DNA of 64,000 nt from Pseudomonadota bacterium (GCA_027487215.1 JAIYDZ010000006.1:69366-133365), one strand, 5' to 3'; shown: positions 22,400 to 31,295, counted from the first letter of the stretch. A program made the numbers and translations. The notes: a model not told the origin generated them from the sequence alone.

Positions 22400-22966
22400 T
22401 TATTGTCCTACCGCACCTTCTTCTAGTGAACTATCACTGCTAGAAGAGGGTTTAGGCGATAGTTTTTTGTGAGTACAACATATTTTTTTAAATAATCGAT
22501 TCAGCGGTCCTGCTCCCCATGCTATAACAGCACCCAGCGCAATACCTCCAACAACTGCTGCCACGCGTTCATAGTTTTCCATTCCAGTTCCAATTTCACA
22601 AAAATTTTCTAGTGGTAGATAACCCATACCAGGAGAGAAATCTTTACCTGTTGACCGCGCTAAGGTAAAAAAATCCTGCTGAGTTATACCAAAACACTCT
22701 TTGATCGATATAGTATAGTCAAAAAGACAGACCTGACCAAAAAGTGTTTTTTCTGAACTTTGCTGATTATTATTTGCATAAGCCTGTTCCATAAATTCAT
22801 AACCTGCTTCTTGAGCCTCTCTTGAACTAAATTGTGCGATCGATGCTAATAAAACATGACCATATCGCTGTGCACACTCTTGAAATGATACTGGTGAATT
22901 AGAAAAAGTATTTGCTGTGAGCGTTACAAGTACCATAAAGAAAAATTTATTAGAAAAAAGTTTCAT
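22400..22966 (-). CDS. hypothetical protein, signal peptide plus C-proximal TM
   Basis: 188 aa. Signal MKLFSNKFFFMVLVTLTANTFS, TM VAAVVGGIALGAVIAWGAG, and a Ser-rich tail. Confidence 0.5.
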   Translation of the reverse strand: MKLFSNKFFFMVLVTLTANTFSNSPVSFQECAQRYGHVLLASIAQFSSREAQEAGYEFMEQAYANNNQQSSEKTLFGQVCLFDYTISIKECFGITQQDFFTLARSTGKDFSPGMGYLPLENFCEIGTGMENYERVAAVVGGIALGAVIAWGAGPLNRLFKKICCTHKKLSPKPSSSSDSSLEEGAVGQ

Positions 22967-23024
22967 TACGTCTCCCTTTTAATAAGTAATGGAGACAAAA
23001 TATACCGTAAAGAAATAGTGATGT

Positions 23025-24125
23025 CTATTTTTGGCTAGTTGTAAGAATCTTCAAAGTATCTTGGGGGCCTTGATGTCCGCTGAGCACGATAAGATGTGGA
23101 TCGATAAACAGTTTTCCATGTCCTTGCTCGGTCATCATTTTATGAAATTCAACATGTTCACAACTGCCTACTTTATAAAAAGCATTCATAATACTTGGAA
23201 TTTTATAGATCGCTAATCCTGAAAAAGCTGATTTAACAGGAATTAAGGGATCGCATTTTTTTGAACCCCATGTATCGACAAAATTCATTCTAAAATAATT
23301 TTTAATAAAATTCTGAGGATCATCATAGTCCCCATTTTTACTGACATAAGCAAGCCCATCATATAACACCATTTTAAACCCAAATGTCCCAATGAGTGAA
23401 TGCATGCCATACGCAGCAATCGCATCCCATTCATCATGCCCAACACTGTGAGCAAGACCATCAATGCTCCATGGGCCTTTAAGGTCCATATCAATAACCA
23501 TCATATAATCAAAATGAGAATAATATTTTTTTACATATGAAAGGTATTCATTACGAAAGCGTGCCATTTTTTCAATTCTACTACGCCCCATAATTCCATA
23601 TTCATACAACGGACGTTCACCAAACTTACACTCTGGCTGTGCACATTCAATTATATGAACTTTAGGGTTATCAAATTGCCACTGTTTTAATTTCTTACGG
23701 GTTTGATCAGCACTGTCATTTTCAAAGATAATGACCTGATAATCAGCAAACAAGATGCCTGTTTTTTCTATACGCTCAATAATAGAAGGTAAAGAATCGG
23801 CAGTATTACGAGCAAGACCGCATATAACAATGCGGGATGTTTTCATTTTCTGGTAACCATTATTTTTAGTAATTGCAGATACCTTCAAAAGAGATGTACG
23901 AGCAGGAAAGAGTGACTCTTTAAATTCACCTTGATAAGCATGTGGAAAAAAATATTGATGCATATTAATACCACGAGTCAAAATAAGACGATGTTCAATA
24001 AAAAAAGCGCATCCAAAAAATGCGCTCAATGCTAAAATAGCTACAAGAATTTTTTTCATGATACCTGTAACCTTATAAAAACTATCCGTTATTTTCTGCT
24101 TTTTCTTCATAAAGAGACTGATCAT
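23025..24125 (-). CDS. putative membrane-anchored glycosyltransferase (GT-A-like); function tentative
   Basis: 366 aa. N-terminal TM (KKILVAILALSAFFGCAFF) followed by RIVICGLARNTADSLPSIIERIEKTGILFADYQVIIFENDSADQTRKKL. That beta-strand/ExxSxDxT layout reminds me of fungal Mnn9/Anp1- or Cap59-type GT-A transferases. Alternative ATG starts at 24110 and 24059. Confidence 0.4.
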   Translation of the reverse strand: MISLFMKKKQKITDSFYKVTGIMKKILVAILALSAFFGCAFFIEHRLILTRGINMHQYFFPHAYQGEFKESLFPARTSLLKVSAITKNNGYQKMKTSRIVICGLARNTADSLPSIIERIEKTGILFADYQVIIFENDSADQTRKKLKQWQFDNPKVHIIECAQPECKFGERPLYEYGIMGRSRIEKMARFRNEYLSYVKKYYSHFDYMMVIDMDLKGPWSIDGLAHSVGHDEWDAIAAYGMHSLIGTFGFKMVLYDGLAYVSKNGDYDDPQNFIKNYFRMNFVDTWGSKKCDPLIPVKSAFSGLAIYKIPSIMNAFYKVGSCEHVEFHKMMTEQGHGKLFIDPHLIVLSGHQGPQDTLKILTTSQK

Positions 24126-24425
24126 TCAACTGAGAAATACACTTCCACCGTTTTAATGGCGATGATTGTACATTTAAATTATATTGCAAAAGCGCCACTG
24201 CAACAACCCCCACCGGTCCGCTTTGTGTACGCTTTAAATCTTTTTTTTCTGTAGAAACGGCTGATATTGTTTTACCAAAAAGGCACAGAACGATTAGCCA
24301 CGTACGCACTCGGTCCCTTTCCCCTAACCCTTGCATTTCCTACTTGAAAATCATAACGTAGAGATCTTGAGAAATACAAGAAGGAATATTTTTTGTGCTG
24401 AGAGTTATCGATGGTTCACTGTTTA

Positions 24426-25586
24426 TCAAACAGGAATGCTCCTTTTTTTACGTACTTTTTGAGACATTGAAAGCATTCGTTTATGGGTGAGACCTAACTT
24501 ATCAATCAGATAATAAAAGAATTCTCTATCAGCTCCGCGGACCACTGCCTGTTCATGCGCTTCAGCAAGACCAACAGGAAACCCTGTGCCCTTTTGTACC
24601 TGATCAAGCATAATGCCACACATTTTATTAAGAGCTATCTCATCGTGGGCTATATACCGAGGCACTTCAATTCTGACAATTTCTACACCCACATTAAAGT
24701 AAAAAAAACAGGGTGCAACGTCAGGCGGATACAACCGCACAAGCGGATGATTACTCGTAAAAACAGTAGAACGAGTACCGGCCGGTAAGAAAAAATATCC
24801 CAACGCCGTATCACTTAAACGATCAAGACTGCTGGACTGCATGCCGGTTGTTTTAAATCCAGATGCAACAGCTTTGACAATGCTCAACAGCTCTTTATGA
24901 CGGGGTAAGCTCATGTACCCGGCAATCCACAGTCCACGATCTTTGCATGCCATTAAGGAAGAACAATAACGATCAAGAAAATACCGCTTTAACGGCTGAT
25001 CTTTTGCTTCCAAATGCCAAAACAATAAAGAACCATCAGACAAAAATAATAACGGCGCCTGGCTTGTTTCCTGCATAGTTTTTGCATACGTAACACCGTC
25101 TGAAAGTTCAAGTTCTTCGCGCTTGCAGTTCACCACATCCACCGAGCTTGCAGACTGGCCTTCAAGTTCTGGAATCTTATCGGCAAACACATACGGATGT
25201 GATTGAAGTACGCTTCCCTTTTTGCCTGTCCCGTACTGTAGTTCAACGGTACCAATATTAATTAAAAAACAGCTGGTGCCCTGATGTTTATCAGGATAAA
25301 TTTGAGATCCATCAACAGCCAAAAGTTGATAGGGAGTGTTACAGGGTGCGATAGGAATAGAAGTATTAAGTGAACCTTGCCAACTGGGCGCCGGCCATGA
25401 AAGATCAAGTAACGAAAGTTTTATCTGTAGCTCAGGATCCTGAACTGCTTTGTCCCATGCATCGCGCGCAAGCGAAAGTTCTGAAGAAAGGTCAACAAAC
25501 AGTTGGCTAGAAATTGATTCAAGTTCACGAAGCAGTCGTGCCCGATGCAACATTTTCGTTCCTTTTTTGAAACTCGCGCAGTCCAT
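24426..25586 (-). CDS. NurA-like nuclease domain protein (tentative)
   Basis: 386 aa. YQLLAVDGSQIYPDKH resembles the catalytic-Asp 'DGS' block that opens NurA domains. The C-terminal GFPVGLAEAHEQAVVRGADREFF resembles the family's YP..L..AH..A block. The start overlaps the sufU 3' end. Confidence 0.45.
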   Translation of the reverse strand: MDCASFKKGTKMLHRARLLRELESISSQLFVDLSSELSLARDAWDKAVQDPELQIKLSLLDLSWPAPSWQGSLNTSIPIAPCNTPYQLLAVDGSQIYPDKHQGTSCFLINIGTVELQYGTGKKGSVLQSHPYVFADKIPELEGQSASSVDVVNCKREELELSDGVTYAKTMQETSQAPLLFLSDGSLLFWHLEAKDQPLKRYFLDRYCSSLMACKDRGLWIAGYMSLPRHKELLSIVKAVASGFKTTGMQSSSLDRLSDTALGYFFLPAGTRSTVFTSNHPLVRLYPPDVAPCFFYFNVGVEIVRIEVPRYIAHDEIALNKMCGIMLDQVQKGTGFPVGLAEAHEQAVVRGADREFFYYLIDKLGLTHKRMLSMSQKVRKKRSIPV

Positions 25587-25938
25587 TATGTAACGCTTGA
25601 AGTGCTAAAAGTGCGCAGCGCAAACGAGTTGGCCCCAGTTCTATTTTAACCAGCGCTAACATATCGTCTTTGGTTAACTGGAGGGCCTTATCAACAGACA
25701 TCCCAGTACACAACTCAGTCATCATTGACGCAGCAGCGTTACTAATAACACAGCCTTTTGCCTCAAATAAACAGCGGGAAATTGTTGCATTCTCAATCGT
25801 GCCTGAAAGTAAAACCTGGTCACCACATGAAGGATTATAAACTCCTGAAGAAAAATCTGCCGGTTCTACCGTTCCTTTATTACGCGGATGTTTATAATGA
25901 TCAACAAGCGCGTCATGATATAACTGTTTATAGTCCAT
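25525..25938 (-). CDS. sufU: SufU/IscU-like Fe-S cluster scaffold
   Basis: 137 aa. HYKHPRNKG, and three conserved Cys contexts: NPSCGD, AKGCVISNAAAS, RLRCALLAL. Confidence 0.85.
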   Translation of the reverse strand: MDYKQLYHDALVDHYKHPRNKGTVEPADFSSGVYNPSCGDQVLLSGTIENATISRCLFEAKGCVISNAAASMMTELCTGMSVDKALQLTKDDMLALVKIELGPTRLRCALLALQALHNGLREFQKRNENVASGTTAS

Positions 25939-26084
25939 AAAAGGTCCCTGTAATAGAAGAACTGTTTTCTTATACGGCGCACCGTCCTTTTAGTATCTCT
26001 AAAAACCAATTTCTTTACAAACCTGAGACTGACAATTCATACTGCCACTCCAAATTAAGCTCATATCACACAAGGAGTACCTTC

Positions 26085-27203
26085 ATGAACCGTTCTACTA
26101 TGGTTCCCTTTCTTACCATACTTGTATGCTCGTCACTACAAGCAGCAGAAGATTTCCCTATTCCTGAGGGATCAGAGTCTGCTCGATCTCATTCTTCAAG
26201 TTCTCGATTTTCTCTTCTGCCTTCACCATTACCATTACCCGGGACAAACCAAGATTTACTTCCACTAGCAGGATTTCCATTCCCGCCGGCACTTGGAATC
26301 ACCAGGCATTCTTCAGCGCCAGAAAATTCAAATCTACCTGATTTATCAACACTTCCACTTCCTTCAACACCACTGCTTGAAAATGTTAATTTTTTAGAAT
26401 TATTTAATGAAAACACACTAAAAATGCGTGCTCAACTTGCACTTCTTAAAAAAGAAGCTTGTATTATACCTGCACCATTTACTGCAAAGACTATCATTGC
26501 ATCTGGAGCTGCTGGTGCCACTCTTACTATTGGGGCAGTTACACTCCTTAAAGAAGCTTCAAATCGAGGACTTGTCAGAGATCTCCTTCTTGGATCAAGT
26601 GCTGAAATCGGAATAGGAACATGTCTTGGAGCGCTAGCAACAACACTTGCTGTCAAAATATGGATGGGAAATAAACTCAATACAATTAGTCAAATGAGCG
26701 GAACAATTACAAACCTTGCAAAACAACTCACAGAAGTACAAAAAATTATTAATGAACATAAACAAAACAAAGAAGACTTTGAATCTAAATTAACCGATCT
26801 CACTACTCTTTATGAACGAACAGTTGAAGCACAAGCAGGAACCACAAAAACAAGCGAAGATATTGTTAAACTTTCAGAGACACAAATTCTTGTCATCCAA
26901 GAAGCACAAAAAAATAAAGATGAACTACAACGCTTTGCTGCTGAACTTGAACATCAACGTCTTTTAATTAGACAGGTTATTGATGCTCTTCCTGAAGACA
27001 AAAAAAGCGGACTTGACGCCGATGTTCTTAAAACAATTACAGAGCTACAAAGAGAGAATGCTGCCATTAAAGCCTACAATAAACATTTTAAAGTGACTCG
27101 TTGGCATCGTGTGCATGATATATCTAAAATTCCTGCACAGTGGTTGCAAGATAATGGCTATAGCGATCTAGTAACAACTACCGATGGGGCATCAAGTATT
27201 TAA
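26085..27203 (+). CDS. hypothetical membrane protein: signal peptide, Pro/Ser-rich region, TM hairpin, long coiled coil
   Basis: 372 aa. Signal MVPFLTILVCSSLQAAE. Two hydrophobic helices (IIASGAAGATLTIGAVTLL / EIGIGTCLGALATTLAVKIWMG), then ~170 aa of heptad-like sequence. Confidence 0.6.
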   Translation: MNRSTMVPFLTILVCSSLQAAEDFPIPEGSESARSHSSSSRFSLLPSPLPLPGTNQDLLPLAGFPFPPALGITRHSSAPENSNLPDLSTLPLPSTPLLENVNFLELFNENTLKMRAQLALLKKEACIIPAPFTAKTIIASGAAGATLTIGAVTLLKEASNRGLVRDLLLGSSAEIGIGTCLGALATTLAVKIWMGNKLNTISQMSGTITNLAKQLTEVQKIINEHKQNKEDFESKLTDLTTLYERTVEAQAGTTKTSEDIVKLSETQILVIQEAQKNKDELQRFAAELEHQRLLIRQVIDALPEDKKSGLDADVLKTITELQRENAAIKAYNKHFKVTRWHRVHDISKIPAQWLQDNGYSDLVTTTDGASSI

Positions 27204-27223
27204 ATTATTTCATAAACTGTAAG

Positions 27224-27250
27224 TGCCGGTGTTTACCGGCATCTTTTTTT
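27224..27250 (+). terminator. rho-independent terminator
   Basis: Stem TGCCGGT (27224-27230), loop GTTT, stem ACCGGCA (27235-27241), then TCTTTTTTT. Confidence 0.85.
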
Positions 27251-27284
27251 ACATATTAACTAACTTAGGGGAGAAAATTCGATT

Positions 27285-27827
27285 ATGAAAATTCCTATCA
27301 AAAACTCTATCAGAATTGAATGCGCATTAGCATTGTATCCACGAACGCTGACAGGGATGAATATTATTTTTGATTTAAATGGAATTTTATTTGATGCACA
27401 GGGTGAGCAAGGAAACATGGTCGCATGCGCAGCTTTGCAAACTATTAATCCTGTACAAACGGCACACGTACTTCGATTGCTTGATGATTGCCTGACCCAT
27501 GGCAATCGTTTATTTGTCATTTCCAGCTGGACTCAAGAACTCTATGAATTTATGTCAGCAGTTCCTTGCGTTAAAAGAATCCTTGAAAAATTTGATGATG
27601 TACTTTTGGCAGAAACTATTGGCCTTGCATCAAGTGATCCACGTATTTTTAATTATTTAATTGATAAACATCGTCTTGATCCACGCCAATGCATTGTCGT
27701 AGAAAACTCTCAACTTGAACTGCATGCTGCTGGACAAGTGGGAATTTCACGCACTATTTTATGCACCAACCTCAACGTAACAAAGATACGCCAAGAGCTT
27801 CAGTTTCACGGTGCGCTTTCATTTTAA
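27285..27827 (+). CDS. HAD-superfamily hydrolase-like protein with DxN in motif I
   Basis: 180 aa. IIFDLNGILFD (motif I with Asn at Asp+2), VISSWT (motif II) and CIVVENSQLELHAAGQVG (motif III/IV-like). ATG 27285 has the SD AGGGGAG. ATG 27357 would put motif I at the N-terminus. Confidence 0.45.
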   Translation: MKIPIKNSIRIECALALYPRTLTGMNIIFDLNGILFDAQGEQGNMVACAALQTINPVQTAHVLRLLDDCLTHGNRLFVISSWTQELYEFMSAVPCVKRILEKFDDVLLAETIGLASSDPRIFNYLIDKHRLDPRQCIVVENSQLELHAAGQVGISRTILCTNLNVTKIRQELQFHGALSF

Positions 27828-27829
27828 AT

Positions 27830-29029
27830 TTATGCAGAAAGTGCAGCAAGTGCTTCAAGTACTCGCGTAACATCGTGGGCGTTATTGTACATCGCAAATG
27901 AAACTCTTACCGATGCTTCATAATTAAGCGCACGCGCAACCAACTGCGCACAATGATGCCCTGCTCTTACACAAATACCACGCGTATCTAAAAACGCCGC
28001 AACATCATGCGCGTGGACATCTTTAACCACAAAACTTACTAAATGCCCTGAACCTGTAAGGTGCTCAACACCACCAAGTATTCTGAGAGATTTAATTGAT
28101 TGTGCACCCTCAATAAACTGTGTACACAACTGCGCAACATGACGTTGTATATTTATAACACCACAGGCCGAAACATACTCAAGCGCCGCACCCAAACCAA
28201 GTACTTGTGCAATAGGCGGAGTTCCCGGTTCATAACAATGAGGCGCCTCTCGAAACGAAGTACTTTCATCTTTTACTTCAAACACAGCACCACCGCCAAA
28301 CTGGTAGGGTGGCACATCAAACTGAACTGATTTTTTGATATACAGGACTCCCACACCGGTTGGACCATACACCTTGTGTCCTGAAAACACATAAAAGTCT
28401 GCTCCCAACTCTTGTACATTAACCGGTTGATAGCCAAAGGCTTGACACCCATCAACCAAAACACGTGCACCAACTAGATGGGCTGCTGATACCAATTCTT
28501 TTAAGTGTGAGTTATAAACACCCAGTGCATTTGAAACATGGGTCATTGCCACTATTTTTGTTTTTGGAGTAATCCAGTCAGAAACACTCTTGATTACAAA
28601 AGAACCGTCCTGATTGATCGGAATGATTTTAAGTGTTGCCTGTTTTTTAAGTGCTAACTGTTGCCACGGTACGAAATTTGAATGATGCTCAAGCGCAGTA
28701 ACAACAATCTCATCACCCGCCTTAATGTTCTTATCACCCCAGGCGGTTGCCACAAAGTTTATCCCGTCAGTCGTACCTCGAGTAAAAATAATCTCCTGAC
28801 TAGACTGAGCGCCAATAAATTGAGCTACTTTTTCTCGTACTTTCTCATATTCAGTCGTTACCTGTTCTGCCAAAGCATACACACCACGCCCTACACTGGC
28901 ATTCATGTGAGTATAATAATGAGTAAGCCTATCAATCACCATCTGTGGCTTTTGAGCTGTTGCAGCACTGTCACAATATACAAGGTCTTTATAGTGCATT
29001 AACATCGGAAAATCTTGTTTTTTATCCAT
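27830..29029 (-). CDS. sufS: cysteine desulfurase SufS (class V aminotransferase)
   Basis: PLP-Lys block FSGHKVYGPTGVGVLY and active-site Cys block RAGHHCAQ. The ORF-track TTG at 29038 is replaced by ATG 29029 (MDKKQDFPML). Confidence 0.92.
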   Translation of the reverse strand: MDKKQDFPMLMHYKDLVYCDSAATAQKPQMVIDRLTHYYTHMNASVGRGVYALAEQVTTEYEKVREKVAQFIGAQSSQEIIFTRGTTDGINFVATAWGDKNIKAGDEIVVTALEHHSNFVPWQQLALKKQATLKIIPINQDGSFVIKSVSDWITPKTKIVAMTHVSNALGVYNSHLKELVSAAHLVGARVLVDGCQAFGYQPVNVQELGADFYVFSGHKVYGPTGVGVLYIKKSVQFDVPPYQFGGGAVFEVKDESTSFREAPHCYEPGTPPIAQVLGLGAALEYVSACGVINIQRHVAQLCTQFIEGAQSIKSLRILGGVEHLTGSGHLVSFVVKDVHAHDVAAFLDTRGICVRAGHHCAQLVARALNYEASVRVSFAMYNNAHDVTRVLEALAALSA

Positions 29030-29227
29030 AATAATCAAAACCTTTATCGCTGAAAGTTAAAAGCAGAAACTCTCTATAAATCTTTAAAGATTCTCTCATA
29101 AAAACGCTTACTTGAAGGGTTTATTGATGAAAAATAGTTTTTTTTTATTATTCTATCATAATGGTCTTTAATTTTTAATTGTATTATAGAATAGCTGTTT
29201 TGCTACAGATTATAAAAATAAAAACTC

Positions 29228-29298
29228 TCTTTTTATTATCTTAGTTAAAATTTACTTAAGGATTGGCATGTTAAAGAAAATTCTTTTTATTATCTTAG
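29228..29298. repeat. 17-nt exact direct repeat bracketing the start codon of family member 1
   Basis: TCTTTTTATTATCTTAG occurs at 29228-29244 and 29282-29298, 54 nt apart (in frame). Confidence 0.9.
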
Positions 29299-31295
29299 CA
29301 ACAACTAGTTTTAAGAACTACGCAAGTCTACCCTATCAACCCTGTGCTGAAGGAAGTGTGGTTTCAGAATGGGTTCAAGATGGGACCGGGTATATTGACT
29401 TGGCTGCTTTTATAGGATGCCCACAGATCTGTAAAATGGCTACAACAACCCCGATTTCAGAAAAAGGTTCAATCTTTAGTCAAGTATTTAATTCTGATTT
29501 TTTAGGACTTTTCTGTAATAATACGGCCGTAGCAACTAGAAACTTCGGATTTGTAGTTGCTAACACTGGTATTGTCAGCGCTGACTCTATTACAAATCTC
29601 CCACCAGCATTAAACAGTGTCGACGCACTTAAAAAACACAATGTTGCAATTTATAATTGGGGGCTTCAAAGCGGTTACTTAAGAGCAACAAATATAACAA
29701 GCTACGCTTTAAGTTTAGCATCACGGCACACAGACAAATCTCTTACTGACATTCAAAGACTTTTAGCAGAGAATGAAGCTGAAAAAAAATCCTTTGTCGA
29801 TTACCTACAAGAGATAACATCCAATTTAGTACCGCTAAACAGTACTTTAAACCCTACTGTAGTAGGTTACAATCATCAGCTTCCATTTATGCAAGTTATA
29901 CCACAAGAGTACTTAACCGTGAGATATATCCCTTATTATGTCATGGTCCCAGTCATTCAAAGAATACAAGCTTTTCCTACTCATCCTTATACACAAAGCG
30001 CTCCTGTACAAAACACCACTAGACCATCAAAAAAGAAAAACCGCTCCAAAAAAAAGACTGTTCCTCAAAAAAGCCTAGGTACTACACAAGCAGTATCTCA
30101 AGAGTCTTTAAATCCTAGCTTAACCGACCAAGCAGATATTCAAGAAGAACAAGAATCTTTAAATCCTGATTTAACCGACCAAGCTTGTGCTCAAGAAGAA
30201 CCAGTAACTCATATAACTTGGGCGACAATTGTATGTGGTAATAATCTAACAATAATTAGAAAATCTAAAGAAACTCACACTCAACAACAAGACTCAAAAA
30301 AGAAAGAAGACGAGTCTCTCCAATCAGAAACCGAAGAAATTAAGTCAATCTTAGAACATATTAGACAAATAGACTCAGAAGAAGTCTTTAAAAAAGGCTA
30401 TGTCCCTACTGATTTTACTACGGCAACAACAGTTTATGAGCTCTATCCATCACGAGAAACTCATTCAGAAGATGAAAAAGAAGAAGAAGAAAAAACTAGC
30501 AAAAAAACAAAGAAAAAAAAGAAAAAGAAAGCACTCACACCTGAAGAAATTGCAGCTGCTGCTTTAAAAGAAGTCGAAAAACAAAAAATCGACCAAAAAG
30601 CACTTGATAAAGCATTTGCCCAAGGACAAAGTATCGATGAACAAGCAAGAAAATTAGCAGAAGCTGATCTGTTTTTTAGTTCCTTTGTTACCAATAATAA
30701 AAGAGGAAATGTGACTCAAGAAAGCATAGAAGAGCACATTACTCTTTTTTTACGAGCAGCGCAAAACACTGCCTCTGATCAAACAAAAACATATAGTAAA
30801 AAAGGATTAGAAATTGCTCTAGCAAACGCTCGTTCCAATTTTTTAAAAACAAAAATAAAGAAACCTGCAGACAAAGAATGGCTCTCGTCATTTATGCTAT
30901 TAATTAAAACACTTATTAAATTTGACCTTGTCAATAAAGACTTAGATACTTCAACCACTTATACAGCTGAACTGAAAGAAGTTCTTACATATATGTTTTC
31001 TAATTATCAACCTAAAAACTCTTCTAAAGAACCGTTGCCAAATATTCCTGCTCAACAGCAGCTTTTATACACAATTTTTGAAACACTTAATACAGAACAG
31101 AAAAAAGACGTTATAATAAGCGATTCACTTGTAGAACTTTTAAGAGATACTGCAGGTCAGACTATCCATAAACATATTTCTTTCATTCAAGAAAAGATTC
31201 CTGCGCAGTACATGGCCAGTGCTGTTATGCTTTTAAAGTTAGTAAGTTTAACTCCGGAAAAAGGATTTTCAGAATTCTTAGCAGCACTTTCATAA
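29268..31295 (+). CDS. secreted modular protein, paralog family member 1 (short, divergent)
   Basis: 675 aa. SD AAGGA and signal MLKKILFIILATTSFKNYAS. Cys-containing N-domain, short aromatic/Pro tract (YIPYYVMVPVIQRIQAFPTHPYTQSAPVQ), polybasic run, Q/E/S-rich repeat, K/E run (KKTKKKKKKK), then EEIAAAALKE and a helical C-terminal region. Confidence 0.8.
   Translation: MLKKILFIILATTSFKNYASLPYQPCAEGSVVSEWVQDGTGYIDLAAFIGCPQICKMATTTPISEKGSIFSQVFNSDFLGLFCNNTAVATRNFGFVVANTGIVSADSITNLPPALNSVDALKKHNVAIYNWGLQSGYLRATNITSYALSLASRHTDKSLTDIQRLLAENEAEKKSFVDYLQEITSNLVPLNSTLNPTVVGYNHQLPFMQVIPQEYLTVRYIPYYVMVPVIQRIQAFPTHPYTQSAPVQNTTRPSKKKNRSKKKTVPQKSLGTTQAVSQESLNPSLTDQADIQEEQESLNPDLTDQACAQEEPVTHITWATIVCGNNLTIIRKSKETHTQQQDSKKKEDESLQSETEEIKSILEHIRQIDSEEVFKKGYVPTDFTTATTVYELYPSRETHSEDEKEEEEKTSKKTKKKKKKKALTPEEIAAAALKEVEKQKIDQKALDKAFAQGQSIDEQARKLAEADLFFSSFVTNNKRGNVTQESIEEHITLFLRAAQNTASDQTKTYSKKGLEIALANARSNFLKTKIKKPADKEWLSSFMLLIKTLIKFDLVNKDLDTSTTYTAELKEVLTYMFSNYQPKNSSKEPLPNIPAQQQLLYTIFETLNTEQKKDVIISDSLVELLRDTAGQTIHKHISFIQEKIPAQYMASAVMLLKLVSLTPEKGFSEFLAALS
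30099..30200 (+). repeat. 2 x 51-bp in-frame tandem repeat inside member 1
   Basis: 30099-30149 and 30150-30200 match at 42/51 positions by my count. They encode QESLNPSLTDQADIQEE / QESLNPDLTDQACAQEE. Confidence 0.85.

Noticed and set aside
24082-24336. 84-aa minus-strand ORF in the NurA/glycosyltransferase spacer
   Set aside because: Its AGGA sits about 1 nt from the ATG, it overlaps the next gene out of frame, and it has no motif. It is not called as a CDS. The region is kept as an unexplained finding.
24142-24367. Possible RNase P, SRP or tmRNA gene (the AGGGGAAAGGGACCGAG string resembles the RNase P GAGGAAAGUCC box)
   Set aside because: The available non-coding space (~300 nt) is too short for bacterial RNase P RNA, and the other universal boxes are missing. 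There is no tmRNA tRNA-like 3' end (…UCCACCA) and no SRP GGAA-tetraloop helix. The match is only a partial string resemblance.
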